Both the position numbers and the translations under genes were made by a program. Positions 11,004 to 20,591 of a stretch of DNA of 64,000 bases are shown in pieces. This stretch comes from an uncultured delta proteobacterium (lineage in GTDB: Bacteria > Myxococcota_A > Polyangia > Fen-1088), in the NCBI GenBank assembly GCA_963737265.1, contig CAVTRY010000012.1:96001-160000 (forward strand), read 5' to 3'. Position 1 is the first letter of the stretch. Every line of letters begins with the position of its first letter. Below the pieces are notes generated by a model, which saw only the letters and a program-made list of their open reading frames with translations, was not told where the DNA came from and did not search any database.

Positions 11004-11116
11004 TACCTTAGCGAGCGCGCTCACCCCAGTCAACCATCACAAACGGAATAGCCACCTACCCATTCAACAAGGTTGACAAGGGGACGCTTCCGACGGTCAA
11101 CTGTCGCCTATCGCCC

Positions 11117-11881
11117 ATGCGTATCCGCTACGCCGCCAAGACGGATCAAGGACTCAAGCGTAACCACAACGAGGACTACTTCTGCCTCATCGAAGAGGAG
11201 CAGTTGTTCTTGGTTGCCGACGGCATGGGTGGCCACGCCTGTGGCGAGGTTGCGTCGAAGATGGCCGCGGACGTGATTCGCGAGTTCTTTGCGCGCACGC
11301 GCGACGAAGATGTGACTTGGCCGTACAAGATGGACCACACGCTGTCGATCCTCGAAAATCGCCTGAGCGTCGGCATCCGACTGGCCAACAAGAAAATCCA
11401 CGAGTCCGCGGCGAAGGACCTGCGTTTGAGCGGCATGGGCACCACGGTCGTCATCGGCCAAATCGCGGACGATCGCTTCTACGTGGCGCACGTCGGCGAT
11501 TCGCGCTGCTACCGCGTCCGTCACGGACAGATCAAACAGATCACGCGCGACCACTCCCTGCTCGAAGACTACAAGGAAGCGCGGCCCGGCATGAGCGACG
11601 AGGAGCAGCGCAAGTTCCCGCACAAGAACGTGATCACCCGCGCGCTCGGCATGCGCGACACCGTACAAGTCGACATCACCTCCGAGGAGATTCAGGACGG
11701 CGACATTTTCTTGCTGTGCTCGGATGGGCTGTCGGGAATGGTTTCGGACGCAACCCTGCCAGACTACCTGAAGCTTGGCGCGGATCTCGACGAAGCCGTG
11801 AACAAGCTGGTGGGCGCCGCCAATGCCGCCGGCGGCACCGACAACATCACGGTGCTAGCCTTGGAGTGCCGTCTTAGCTAG
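11117..11881 (+). CDS. PP2C-family Ser/Thr protein phosphatase
   Basis: [38 protein letters not shown]. Confidence 0.95.
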   Translation: MRIRYAAKTDQGLKRNHNEDYFCLIEEEQLFLVADGMGGHACGEVASKMAADVIREFFARTRDEDVTWPYKMDHTLSILENRLSVGIRLANKKIHESAAKDLRLSGMGTTVVIGQIADDRFYVAHVGDSRCYRVRHGQIKQITRDHSLLEDYKEARPGMSDEEQRKFPHKNVITRALGMRDTVQVDITSEEIQDGDIFLLCSDGLSGMVSDATLPDYLKLGADLDEAVNKLVGAANAAGGTDNITVLALECRLS

Positions 11882-11918
11882 CAGAGCAGCGCTGGATCTC
11901 GACTCGCGCCCCTGCACT

Positions 11919-11978
11919 GTAGCCTGGGCCCGTAGCCTGAAGCCTCTGGCCCGTAGCCCGCAGTCCCGCAGCCCGTAG
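11919..11978. repeat. Degenerate heptamer tandem repeats (GTAGCCY-like) between convergent genes
   Basis: gtagcct / gtagcct / gaagcct / gtagccc / gcagtcc / gcagccc units. Confidence 0.5.
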
Positions 11979-11979
11979 T

Positions 11980-13506
11980 TCAGGGGACAGATGCCCCGGC
12001 GCGGGGCAGCGACAGGACGAACTTCGCGCCCCGAGCCGCGGCTTGTCCTGCAGCTGCGGAAGAATCGAAAGCAAGCTCCAGCGTGCCGCCGAAGCTTTCC
12101 ATGATTGCCCGACACACCGGTAGCCCGAGCCCGGTGCCCTGACCTGGGGCCTTGGTGGTGAAGAATGGGTCGAAAACCTTGCGCCGGTGTTCCTTGGCAA
12201 TGCCCGGTCCTTCGTCGGCAACGGCGAGAATCACGCGCTGGTTTTCCTCCTGGCACGACACCACGATGGTGCCCTGGCCGGCCATGGCGTCGGCGGCATT
12301 CAGCATCAGGTTGACGAAGACCTGGACCAAGCGACTTGGGGCCACGAGCACATTCGGCCACGCGTCGCCCGCCGGAGTCGTGACCACGCGCACATCGCGA
12401 AATCGTCCTTGCGGCGCAAGCAAGGCCTGCGCGGATTGCACCAGGCGCAGCGGATCGGTCGCCACGGGATCTTCGTGACTCGGACGCGAGAACTCGAGCA
12501 GCTCGCGGATGATGCGGTGGATCCGTTGCGTCTCCGCCTTGACCCGGTCGAGCGCATCCTGCCTCTCGGCAAGTGGCAGCTCGCCTTTGCCGGCGGCGTC
12601 CGCGCGTAAGATATCCACATAGCCGAGAATGGCAGCCAGGGGATTGCCGATTTCGTGCGCGACGCCCGCGGCCAACTGCCCCACCGAGGCCAGTTTCTCC
12701 GAACGAATGATCTGTTCGCGCTGTGCCGCCAGCGAAACCGTCATCTGGTTGAACGCCGAAGCGAGCGCGGCGAATTCCTTCGGTCCCTCCTCGGCGATAC
12801 GCGGCTGCCAGTCGTCGGCGGTCATCGAGGCGGTGGCTCGCCGCAACTGGCCGAGGGGACGAACCACGAGTTGGGTGAGCACGAAGAAACCGAGACCCAA
12901 AACCAGAAGGGCGTCCGCGACAGCCAGCAAAAACAGGAAGAGCCCCGAGCGCCGCAAGACCACCTCGGTCGGTTGGGTCGCGGCGATCGCCACCCGCGCG
13001 ACCCCGACCACACGTCCACGAATCTCGACCGGCGCGTACGCCAAGATCTCGTCTTCCTGGGTTTCCGGAGACCGCCGATAGTTGATCACCGGCGGGCCCC
13101 CTGCCAGCGACGTGCTGACAATTGCGGCTTCGCGATCGCCTTCCGTGCGACCAGGCCACGCGGCAACGACGTTGCGCCCGACATCGATGACGGACAACTT
13201 CACCGCGCCCGTGGCCTCGCACAGCGACCGCAGCAGCGCGCGCAAGGCGATCCGTGCCTCGGGATTCGGTCCCTCGCCGTGCAGGCTCCATTCGGCAGCA
13301 ACCGAGTGCGACACCGCAACCGCCAATGTCGTCGCCATCGATTCGCGCTGCACGCGTAACGTGTCCCCAGCAGCCCACAGCGCGATGTACCCCGTGGTGA
13401 GAATGGCAACCAGAGTAACTGCGGTCATGCCCAGCATGATCTGCGCTCGCAGGCCCAGCCGAGCACGCTTCCGCGAAGTTTCCGAGATCGGGGTTATGCT
13501 AACCAC
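11980..13506 (-). CDS. HAMP-domain sensor histidine kinase
   Basis: Two TM segments, HAMP, AHEIGNPL H-box, NLMLNA, DEGPGI, FDPFFTTK, GTGLGL; start uncertain. Confidence 0.9.
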   Translation of the reverse strand: MVSITPISETSRKRARLGLRAQIMLGMTAVTLVAILTTGYIALWAAGDTLRVQRESMATTLAVAVSHSVAAEWSLHGEGPNPEARIALRALLRSLCEATGAVKLSVIDVGRNVVAAWPGRTEGDREAAIVSTSLAGGPPVINYRRSPETQEDEILAYAPVEIRGRVVGVARVAIAATQPTEVVLRRSGLFLFLLAVADALLVLGLGFFVLTQLVVRPLGQLRRATASMTADDWQPRIAEEGPKEFAALASAFNQMTVSLAAQREQIIRSEKLASVGQLAAGVAHEIGNPLAAILGYVDILRADAAGKGELPLAERQDALDRVKAETQRIHRIIRELLEFSRPSHEDPVATDPLRLVQSAQALLAPQGRFRDVRVVTTPAGDAWPNVLVAPSRLVQVFVNLMLNAADAMAGQGTIVVSCQEENQRVILAVADEGPGIAKEHRRKVFDPFFTTKAPGQGTGLGLPVCRAIMESFGGTLELAFDSSAAAGQAAARGAKFVLSLPRAGASVP

Positions 13507-13638
13507 CTGCTTGACCGCACGATAACACTGGCGCCGAGGTAGAAGCGAACCGTCATGCAAGGCTTGGCCGAAGACCAAGACTGACCGCGCAGAAGCTTTG
13601 TCCGCAAAGCGCAAAGGCTTGCTACAATCCCCCCCGCC

Positions 13639-13923
13639 ATGGCGACCAAGCCAGCCCCCGACCCGACCGATCCCGTGCGCTTCGACGATATCCTGTCGCG
13701 CTTGCGCGCCCTCGTGGAACGCCTTGAAAGCGGCAACCTCCCGCTCGAAGATGGCCTGCGCTACTTCGAGGAAGGGATGGAGTTGTGCCGACAGGGTGCG
13801 ACCGTGCTCGACAAGGCCGAGAAGCGCGTGGAAATTCTGCTCTCGACCGCTGGCGGCGACGTGCGCACCGAGCCCCTCGACGCCGAGACCGGCGGCGAAA
13901 AGGGCGAGGAGCAAGACAAGTGA
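13639..13923 (+). CDS. xseB: Exodeoxyribonuclease VII small subunit
   Basis: LESGNLPLEDGLRYFEEG...LDKAEKRV; precedes ispA. Confidence 0.93.
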   Translation: MATKPAPDPTDPVRFDDILSRLRALVERLESGNLPLEDGLRYFEEGMELCRQGATVLDKAEKRVEILLSTAGGDVRTEPLDAETGGEKGEEQDK

Positions 13924-14762
13924 GCGGGTTCGATCTTGCCGCCTGGTTGACGGAAAAACGGTCGGAGGTCGACACCCTGCTCGACGCCCGCCTTCCCCTA
14001 CCGAGCCCCGATCCCGGCCGCCTGGTCGAAGCCATGCGCTATTCGCTACTCGCGCCCGGAAAGCGTTTGCGTCCGATTCTCGCCCTTGCCGCGATGAAGG
14101 CGGTCGGGGCCAGCGTGGACGAGCCCATGCGGATTGCCGCCGCTTCGGTCGAGCTGGTGCACTGCTATTCGCTCATCCACGACGACCTGCCTGGCATGGA
14201 CAACGACGATTTCCGCCGCGGCCGTCCCACCAGCCACAAGGCCTTCGGCGAAGCGATGGCAATCTTGACTGGGGATGCCTTGCTGACGCTGGCCTTCGCA
14301 TGGCTTGCCGAAGCCGGCCAGCGCGCGAACGCGGCCAATCGCTACCTGCGCGCCATGGCCGCCCTGGCGCGCGGGGCTGGAATGACGGGCATGGTGCGCG
14401 GACAGGCGCGCGACATGTTGCCCACACCGCCCGCCGCGTTGGAGGAGATCGAGCGCCTGCACACAGAAAAGACCGGCGCGCTTTTCCGTGCCGCCATGGA
14501 AGTCGGCGCCGCGGTCACAGGTGCCACACCGGCGCAGGCCGAAGCCCTGGCGCGCTTCGGTGTCTGCTACGGCATCGCCTTTCAACACGCCGATGACCGC
14601 GACGACAACGAGCACCAGGCCTTCGCGGCCCGCGCGTCTCAGCGAATCCACGAGCTTGTGGCCGATGCCGCGCTGGCCCTGCGCGAATTCGGCGACACGG
14701 CCGAGCCGTTGCGCGCGCTCGCCCAAGGACTTGACCGCGCTAGCGCCACGACCCAAGGATGA
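13920..14762 (+). CDS. ispA: Polyprenyl (farnesyl-diphosphate) synthase
   Basis: GKRLRP, SLIHDDLPGMDNDDFRRG, GDALL, KTGALF, FQxADD. Confidence 0.9.
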   Translation: MSGFDLAAWLTEKRSEVDTLLDARLPLPSPDPGRLVEAMRYSLLAPGKRLRPILALAAMKAVGASVDEPMRIAAASVELVHCYSLIHDDLPGMDNDDFRRGRPTSHKAFGEAMAILTGDALLTLAFAWLAEAGQRANAANRYLRAMAALARGAGMTGMVRGQARDMLPTPPAALEEIERLHTEKTGALFRAAMEVGAAVTGATPAQAEALARFGVCYGIAFQHADDRDDNEHQAFAARASQRIHELVADAALALREFGDTAEPLRALAQGLDRASATTQG

Positions 14763-14778
14763 TACGATCAAGGACATC

Positions 14779-15687
14779 GTGACTTTGACGTGGGATGACA
14801 TCACGCGTGTTCAAGAGAGCCCGCCCGGAACCGTCAAAGCTCCGACGAGCCGCGACCAAGCCTATCTGATTGTTCTGGCTGGCAGCGCCATGGGCGAGAT
14901 GTTCAAGCTCACCCGCGACCAGACCGTCATCGGTCGCGGCCAGCGGGCCCACATTCGCATGATGGACGAGGGCATCTCGCGCGAACACTGCGAGATCCAA
15001 ATCGAAGATGGCGTCATGATCCTGCACGACCTCGGCTCGACCAACGGCACCTTCTGCCGGGGCATGCGCGTCGATCGGCACGTGCTGGAAGACGGGGACA
15101 AGATCCTGGTCGGATCGAGCACGGTGCTCAAGTTCACCTACCATGACAGCCTCGACGAGGTCTTCCAGCGCCAGATGTACGAGTCGGCGCTGCGCGACGA
15201 CCTGACCAAGACGTTCAACAAGAAGTACTTCACCGACCGGCTAGAGAGCGAATTTGCCCACGCGATTCGCACCAAGGCGAGCCTGTCTTTGGTGGTATTC
15301 GATCTCGACCACTTCAAAGAGGTCAACGACACCCACGGTCATCCAGCAGGCGACCATGTCTTGTCGGAGATGGCGCAGTCGGTGGCCGCGCTCATCCGCG
15401 CGGAGGATGTGTTTGCACGCGTTGGGGGCGAGGAATTCGGGGTCATCTGCCGGGGTGCGGACAACGCCCAGGCGCACACCATTGCCGAACGCGTGCGCCA
15501 GGCGGTCGGCGGCCACGCCTTCACCATCGATGGCAACGCCCTCCACATCGCGGTGAGCGCGGGCATCGCGACCATACCGGACGCGCGCATCACCGACGCC
15601 CAGGCGCTAGTCTCGGCCGCCGATCAGGCACTCTACGAAGCCAAGCGCACGGGAAGAAACCGTGTGTGCTCCTGGCAGCCCAAGTAG
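14779..15687 (+). CDS. FHA-domain diguanylate cyclase
   Basis: FHA motifs IGRG...ISREH...GSTNGT; DLDHFKEVNDTHGH, GGEEF. Confidence 0.9.
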   Translation: MTLTWDDITRVQESPPGTVKAPTSRDQAYLIVLAGSAMGEMFKLTRDQTVIGRGQRAHIRMMDEGISREHCEIQIEDGVMILHDLGSTNGTFCRGMRVDRHVLEDGDKILVGSSTVLKFTYHDSLDEVFQRQMYESALRDDLTKTFNKKYFTDRLESEFAHAIRTKASLSLVVFDLDHFKEVNDTHGHPAGDHVLSEMAQSVAALIRAEDVFARVGGEEFGVICRGADNAQAHTIAERVRQAVGGHAFTIDGNALHIAVSAGIATIPDARITDAQALVSAADQALYEAKRTGRNRVCSWQPK

Positions 15688-15762
15688 CGAAGGCCGTCAA
15701 GAAGACTGTCAAGAAGACAGTCAAGAAGACGCGCACTTCCGTCGAAAAGAGGGAGGGTCCAC

Positions 15763-16012
15763 GTGGAAGCACTAAGAAATTCTCTCGTTTTTCTCGACAC
15801 CCAGGTCATCGCCTACACCGTCCTGGCGCTCGTTCCCAACCTGCTTCTCATCCTGTGGGCCATGGCGCGCCTGTCGCGTGAAGTTCGCCTGCTCAAATCG
15901 AAAATGGCCATGGTCGAAAACGACATCAACCTGCTCGAACCAGAGCATCAGCACCCTAACCAGCGAGTTTCAGGCCATACGCAAGGGCGAAACCAGAGCG
16001 AATCAAGGTTAG
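15763..16012 (+). CDS. Small membrane/coiled-coil protein, apparently frameshifted at ~15938
   Basis: One TM helix then heptads; removing one A at 15938-9 continues LDQSISTLTSEFQAIRK to TAG at 16010-12. Confidence 0.5.
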
Positions 16013-16166
16013 TGCTCGTCAGAGAATAGATGCTACGAGTCGGGCTACGAGGCGCCCGGCTGGCGAGGCGCGAGGAGCCAGAAATACTCGACGTATTGCG
16101 ACGACGAGCAACAAAGCCAGCCGGGACAGATTCTCCAACTGGTTGCAAATATTCTCTGACGAGCCC
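16012..16166. mobile_element. MITE-like element A
   Basis: 17-bp inverted repeats G(T/G)GCTCGTCAGAGAATA, flanked by TTA(G) on both sides; core shared with the element at 32008. Confidence 0.7.
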
Positions 16167-17192
16167 TTAGGGACAATACGCCAATTGGCATTGGCCAGCG
16201 ACGCAGGCGAAGTGCGCACAGCCGTAGCCGCCGTTCGCGCACAGCTGACAAAGCGCGGGCACTGCGCCGGTGCAGTCGCTCGCGCTACTGCAACTGGGGG
16301 TGGTGTCTGGCACGCACTTGCATAGGGTCGTGTCGAAGCGATCCCCCCGAATGCACAGAACATTGTCCACGCACTGACAGCGCCCCGACACCTGGGGGTC
16401 GCATCCCTGCCCGCACATCTTCGACGATGCGCAACCGAGGGCGGGATTGTGGCAGGCGAGCCCGGGTGCGCCGTCCTGCTCCTGGCAGCCGTACAGCGTG
16501 AACCCAGCCGGACAACAGGCTAGCCCCGCGTCGGGACTCGCCACGCCTGCATCGGAATTCGGGGCGCAAGTAGGACAACCACAGGGCTCGGGATTCGGTA
16601 GATACCCGCCCACACAAGCCAGCACCGGGCACATCACGTTGCAGACCAGCGGCGCGTCCGGCTTTCCGCCGTCCGCTACAGTTCCACCGTCGACTGGAAC
16701 GCAGCCGGCGCAGCCACAGGGCGGAGAGCTGAGCTGGTACCCAGCGGGACAGGTATATGGGGGCGGAACGCAAGCGGGCACGGGCCCCGGACAGATCGGA
16801 GCGTCTGGGCTACCAGCGCCCTTCGTCGCGGCATCAGGACCACGCGCATCTTTCGCGACGCCGGCATCGGGGCTCGGCCCGCACAAGGGACAGCCGCAGG
16901 GATCGGGATTCGGCCGGAACCCACCCACGCAATAGAGCGCAGGGCAGGCGACCGGGAGGCACGGGCCCGTTCCACCCGAGCCGCCAGTTCCACTCGTCCC
17001 GGCAGTCCCGACTGGACCGCTACCGATGGTGCCGCCCGAGCCGCCGGTTACGCCACCGGTCTGGCCTCCTTTGGCCGCCTCTCCCGCGCCCCCGAGGCTC
17101 CCCCCAGAATTCAGGCCGGCCTGGTTGGTGCAGGCAGGGCCCAGCAGGCCAGCTACGAAAATGGCTGCGATAGCCGTTGACATCCTAAACAT
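16167..17192 (-). CDS. Cysteine/proline-rich lipoprotein of myxobacterial type
   Basis: Signal peptide with lipobox-like GPAC, Gly-rich linker, repeated CPxxxCVGG...PCGCP modules, DAG spacers. Confidence 0.8.
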   Translation of the reverse strand: MFRMSTAIAAIFVAGLLGPACTNQAGLNSGGSLGGAGEAAKGGQTGGVTGGSGGTIGSGPVGTAGTSGTGGSGGTGPCLPVACPALYCVGGFRPNPDPCGCPLCGPSPDAGVAKDARGPDAATKGAGSPDAPICPGPVPACVPPPYTCPAGYQLSSPPCGCAGCVPVDGGTVADGGKPDAPLVCNVMCPVLACVGGYLPNPEPCGCPTCAPNSDAGVASPDAGLACCPAGFTLYGCQEQDGAPGLACHNPALGCASSKMCGQGCDPQVSGRCQCVDNVLCIRGDRFDTTLCKCVPDTTPSCSSASDCTGAVPALCQLCANGGYGCAHFACVAGQCQLAYCP

Positions 17193-17449
17193 GGCGTCCT
17201 CCGTGTGTTCAGCGAGTGCAAGCTTCGTGCCTCGTCTAACACTGGGGGTTTCAGGCTCGTCCTCTCGTAACGACGTGACTGAAGATGTGGTGCGGACTCA
17301 GAATTCTGAGGGTTCCGGGCGATTCTGTCGCCACGGATGCATCTGGCGCAGCGAAGCGTCGGGGCGCAACCGAAACGAAATAGGCGGGGTGTGGTGTGCG
17401 GCCTCCGCCTGGTGCGCACAAGTCATTCAACCGCAGATTCTGGATTATC

Positions 17450-18089
17450 CTAGCGCCGCAACGGATGCGTTGATGAATCCTGCGCGGGACCGTCCGGGGC
17501 GACCGCCTGGGGACTAGGCGCGGAATCCGACGCTTGCCGGTGCTTGTCTTTGTAGCGCGCATCTTCGGCCACGCGCACCAGAACATCGAACGTCGAGCCT
17601 TCCTCGGGGTAGCTAGCGGTTCCCAGGCTGAGGCCAATCAGGAACGGCGCGCGCGCTGATTGCCGCAAGCTTGTCGCGCAAGCGCCTCACCAGACACGGG
17701 GACGCCGCCCGCGCCATGTCGGGCAGGATGACCGCGAATTCGTCGGCACCGATGCGGCAGCAGACGTCGTGCGCACGCACGGACTTTTCTAGAAATTCCG
17801 CCACCCAGCGTAAGACCAAGTCGCCCTCCCCCGGACCGTGCGAGGTGTTGATGCGATGGAAGTCGTTCACGTCCAGCACCATCAACGTGAAGGGGCGCCC
17901 CGACGCGCGCCGCGCGCGACTTAGTTCCGCACCCAGCCGCTCGGCAAAATAGCGCCGATTCCACAGCCCGGTCAGGCCGTCTCGGTACGTCAGCGCGCGC
18001 AGATCCTCAAGCTTTGCGATTTCGCGTCGCAAGCTTTCGTTTTCAATCGCCAACTTTTCGACGCTGGCGATGTCGGGCTGAAATTCCAT
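17450..18089 (-). pseudogene. GGDEF-domain protein (GADEF variant) split by a frameshift at a (GC)5 tract
   Basis: DGLTGLWNRR, DVNDFHRIN, RIGADEF; C-terminal LSLGTASYP...AEDARYKDK lies in another frame after 17647-17656. Confidence 0.75.
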
Positions 18090-18176
18090 CGGGCGAGAGA
18101 ACCGCTTGACCTCTCAAAAGATGTTCTAGCAAAAACCGTCGGTCCCGCCAAATTGTGTCCGTATAATCTGCGGCCG

Positions 18177-18863
18177 ATGCAACCGGACGGAAAAGCGGAA
18201 AGTCGCCCAGCCAGAGCCGTGCTCTTCGACCTTGATGGCACCTTAGTCGACACCGAACGGGAAAACGTCGAGTCTGTTGTCCTCGCCGCTCGCCGCTGGC
18301 AGCTGGAGCTGGACGCCGATATGCGCAAGTTCATCGTCGGGCACTCGTGGAACGAGATCCACGCGCGCATGCAGCGCGACTACGGCCTGCAGGTTGGCAT
18401 GGATGTCGTCATCGCCGCCGCCGTCGAGGAGAAGCGCGCCCTCTTCGCGCACAAAGGCTACCGTGCCCTGCCCGGGGCAATCGCGCTAGTGCAACGTCTG
18501 CGCCAGCGCGTGGCGCTGGCGGTGGTGTCTGGAGCCAGCTGCGTTGAGGTGCGTGAGTCGATCGCCGGCGTCGGCCTCACCGACTATTTCCAATACCTGC
18601 TCGGCGCCGAAGACTACAGCAACGGCAAACCCAGCCCCGAGCCCTTCCAGACGGCCATGCGCCTGCTCGACATCGCGCCGCGTGCGTGCATCGTCATCGA
18701 AGATGCCGAGCCTGGAATCCTGGCCGGCAAGGCCTCCGGCGCCGGGGTCATCGCCGTTCGCGCCGCGAATTTTCTCGGCTACGATCAGTCGGCGGCCGAT
18801 GCAATCGTCGATACCCTCGAAAGCGTCACCGACGAGCTGCTGGACAGTCTTTGGCAAAGGTAA
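18177..18863 (+). CDS. HAD-superfamily phosphatase
   Basis: FDLDGTLVDT, GKPSPEPF, VIEDA. Confidence 0.92.
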   Translation: MQPDGKAESRPARAVLFDLDGTLVDTERENVESVVLAARRWQLELDADMRKFIVGHSWNEIHARMQRDYGLQVGMDVVIAAAVEEKRALFAHKGYRALPGAIALVQRLRQRVALAVVSGASCVEVRESIAGVGLTDYFQYLLGAEDYSNGKPSPEPFQTAMRLLDIAPRACIVIEDAEPGILAGKASGAGVIAVRAANFLGYDQSAADAIVDTLESVTDELLDSLWQR

Positions 18864-18872
18864 GGTAGCGCG

Positions 18873-19667
18873 ATGGACGGCGACAAGTCAGCCCCGCTGG
18901 TGTTGGTCGAACGCCAAGGCAGCGCGGTTTGGCTGACCTTGAATCGGCCGCGGGCAGCCAACGCCCTATCGCGCGCGCTGCTCGCGGCCCTGCGTGATGA
19001 GCTGGCCAAGCTGGCCGACCTGCCCGGTCTAACCGCCGTGGTTATCGCGGGTGCGGGCGACAAGGCCTTTTGCGCCGGCGCGGATTTGAAAGAGCGCCTC
19101 GCCATGACGCTGGCCGAGACGCACACCTTCCTCGACGATCTCGGCGCCTTCGCCCGCGCAATCCAGGCATTTGCGCGCCCCGTTGTCGCCGCAATTTCGG
19201 GGGCGGCCGTGGGTGGCGGCCTGGAAATCGCCCTCGCTTGCGATGTGCGCTTGGCCGCCGACAATGCCAGCATGGGCCTCGCCGAGGTTCGTCTTGGCAT
19301 CATTCCCGGCGCCGGCGGCACGCAGCGCCTGGCTCGCCTGTGCGGCATCGCGGTCGCCAAGGATCTCATCCTGACCGGCCGGCGCATCGACGCCGCGACC
19401 GCTTTGCAACTTGGGCTGGTTTCGCAGGTCGTGCCCGCCGCCGGTTTGAAAGCCGCAGTTGCCCGCGTGTGCAGCGACCTTGCCGCCGCCGGTCCGCTCG
19501 CCCTCGCCCAGGCCAAACGCGCCATCGACGACGGCTTCGGCAAGCCCATCGACGAAGCCTTGGCCATCGAGCGCGCCTGCTACGAAGTAGTGCTCGCCAG
19601 CGACGACCGCAACGAAGGCTTGCGCGCCTTCGCCGAGAAACGAGCCGCGAAGTATTCGGGCAGGTAG
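18873..19667 (+). CDS. Enoyl-CoA hydratase/crotonase family protein
   Basis: AFCAGADLKER, GGGLEIALACD, GIIPGAGGTQRL. Confidence 0.93.
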   Translation: MDGDKSAPLVLVERQGSAVWLTLNRPRAANALSRALLAALRDELAKLADLPGLTAVVIAGAGDKAFCAGADLKERLAMTLAETHTFLDDLGAFARAIQAFARPVVAAISGAAVGGGLEIALACDVRLAADNASMGLAEVRLGIIPGAGGTQRLARLCGIAVAKDLILTGRRIDAATALQLGLVSQVVPAAGLKAAVARVCSDLAAAGPLALAQAKRAIDDGFGKPIDEALAIERACYEVVLASDDRNEGLRAFAEKRAAKYSGR

Positions 19668-20567
19668 GTGCAACCGCCACGACGGCGAAAGTGCGCGTAC
19701 AATTTCCCTGTGACGGCGCCTGCTCGCATTTGTCCCTCTTGCGGCGGACCTGTCCGCAGCGCCACGGGTTGCCCGACCTGCCGGCGTGAGGGGAGCGGCT
19801 CGAGACGCCCCGAAACGACCTGGGATCTGCCGGCGCGCGAAGCCGCCCTCGAACACCGGCTGCGCTTGCTCGCCTTTCCGGTAGCCCTGGCGCTCGCCTG
19901 GGCCGTGGCGCACGCAGGAGCTCTGCACGTTCTCCAGCGCATCGTCTTTAGTATGTGGATGCACGAAACAGGCCACGCGGTGGCGGCGTGGCTGTGCGGC
20001 CGATTTGCTTTTCCCGGTCCCTGGTTCACGCCGGTGGCGGAGAGTCGCTCATGGTGGGTCGCGCTCCTCGTCGCCTCGGCCATTGTTGCGGGCGCGATTC
20101 GCCTGCGCCGAGATCGGCGTGCGCTTGCCCTCGCTGTTGTCGGGCTCTTGCCCATCCAGGCGTTGTGCAGCTTCGCCCTGTCGGAACGGGCCGCGCGCTC
20201 GTTCATTCTGTGGAGCGGCGACGGCGGCTGTATGATCCTCGGCGCCCTGCTCATGCTGACCTTTTATGCGCGCCCGGACAGCACGATCCGCACCGGCTGG
20301 CTGCGCTGGGGCTTTCTCGTCATCGGTGCCTCGGCCTTTGCCGACGGGCTCGCGACGTGGTGGACCGCGCGCGGCGACCGCGACGCCATCCCCTTTGGCG
20401 AGAACGAAGGTCGCTGCCTCTCCGACCCGACCGTACTGGTCTTCCAACAAGGCTGGACCATCCCGGGCTTGGTCGACGGCTACGTGTTACTCGGCGCGGC
20501 CTGCCTGATCGTGCTCGCCGCCTGCTACGGCCTCGGACTGCGACGAGCAGACGGCGACCGGCAATAG
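19668..20567 (+). CDS. Membrane protein with N-terminal Zn ribbon and HExxH motif (M50-like peptidase)
   Basis: CPSC...CPTC; WMHETGHAVAAW; several TM segments. Confidence 0.6.
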   Translation: MQPPRRRKCAYNFPVTAPARICPSCGGPVRSATGCPTCRREGSGSRRPETTWDLPAREAALEHRLRLLAFPVALALAWAVAHAGALHVLQRIVFSMWMHETGHAVAAWLCGRFAFPGPWFTPVAESRSWWVALLVASAIVAGAIRLRRDRRALALAVVGLLPIQALCSFALSERAARSFILWSGDGGCMILGALLMLTFYARPDSTIRTGWLRWGFLVIGASAFADGLATWWTARGDRDAIPFGENEGRCLSDPTVLVFQQGWTIPGLVDGYVLLGAACLIVLAACYGLGLRRADGDRQ

Positions 20568-20591
20568 ACGCGGGTCAGTGGCGACCCATCC

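Noticed and set aside
11072-11101. GTTGAC-N18-GTCAAC dyad in the cinA/PP2C divergent region
   Set aside because: Could be back-to-back -35 boxes or chance; no convincing -10 element or known operator
15695-15731. 12-bp tandem repeat GTCAAGAAGAC(N) x3 reading KKTVKKTVKKT
   Set aside because: Short intergenic repeat with no supported ORF or function
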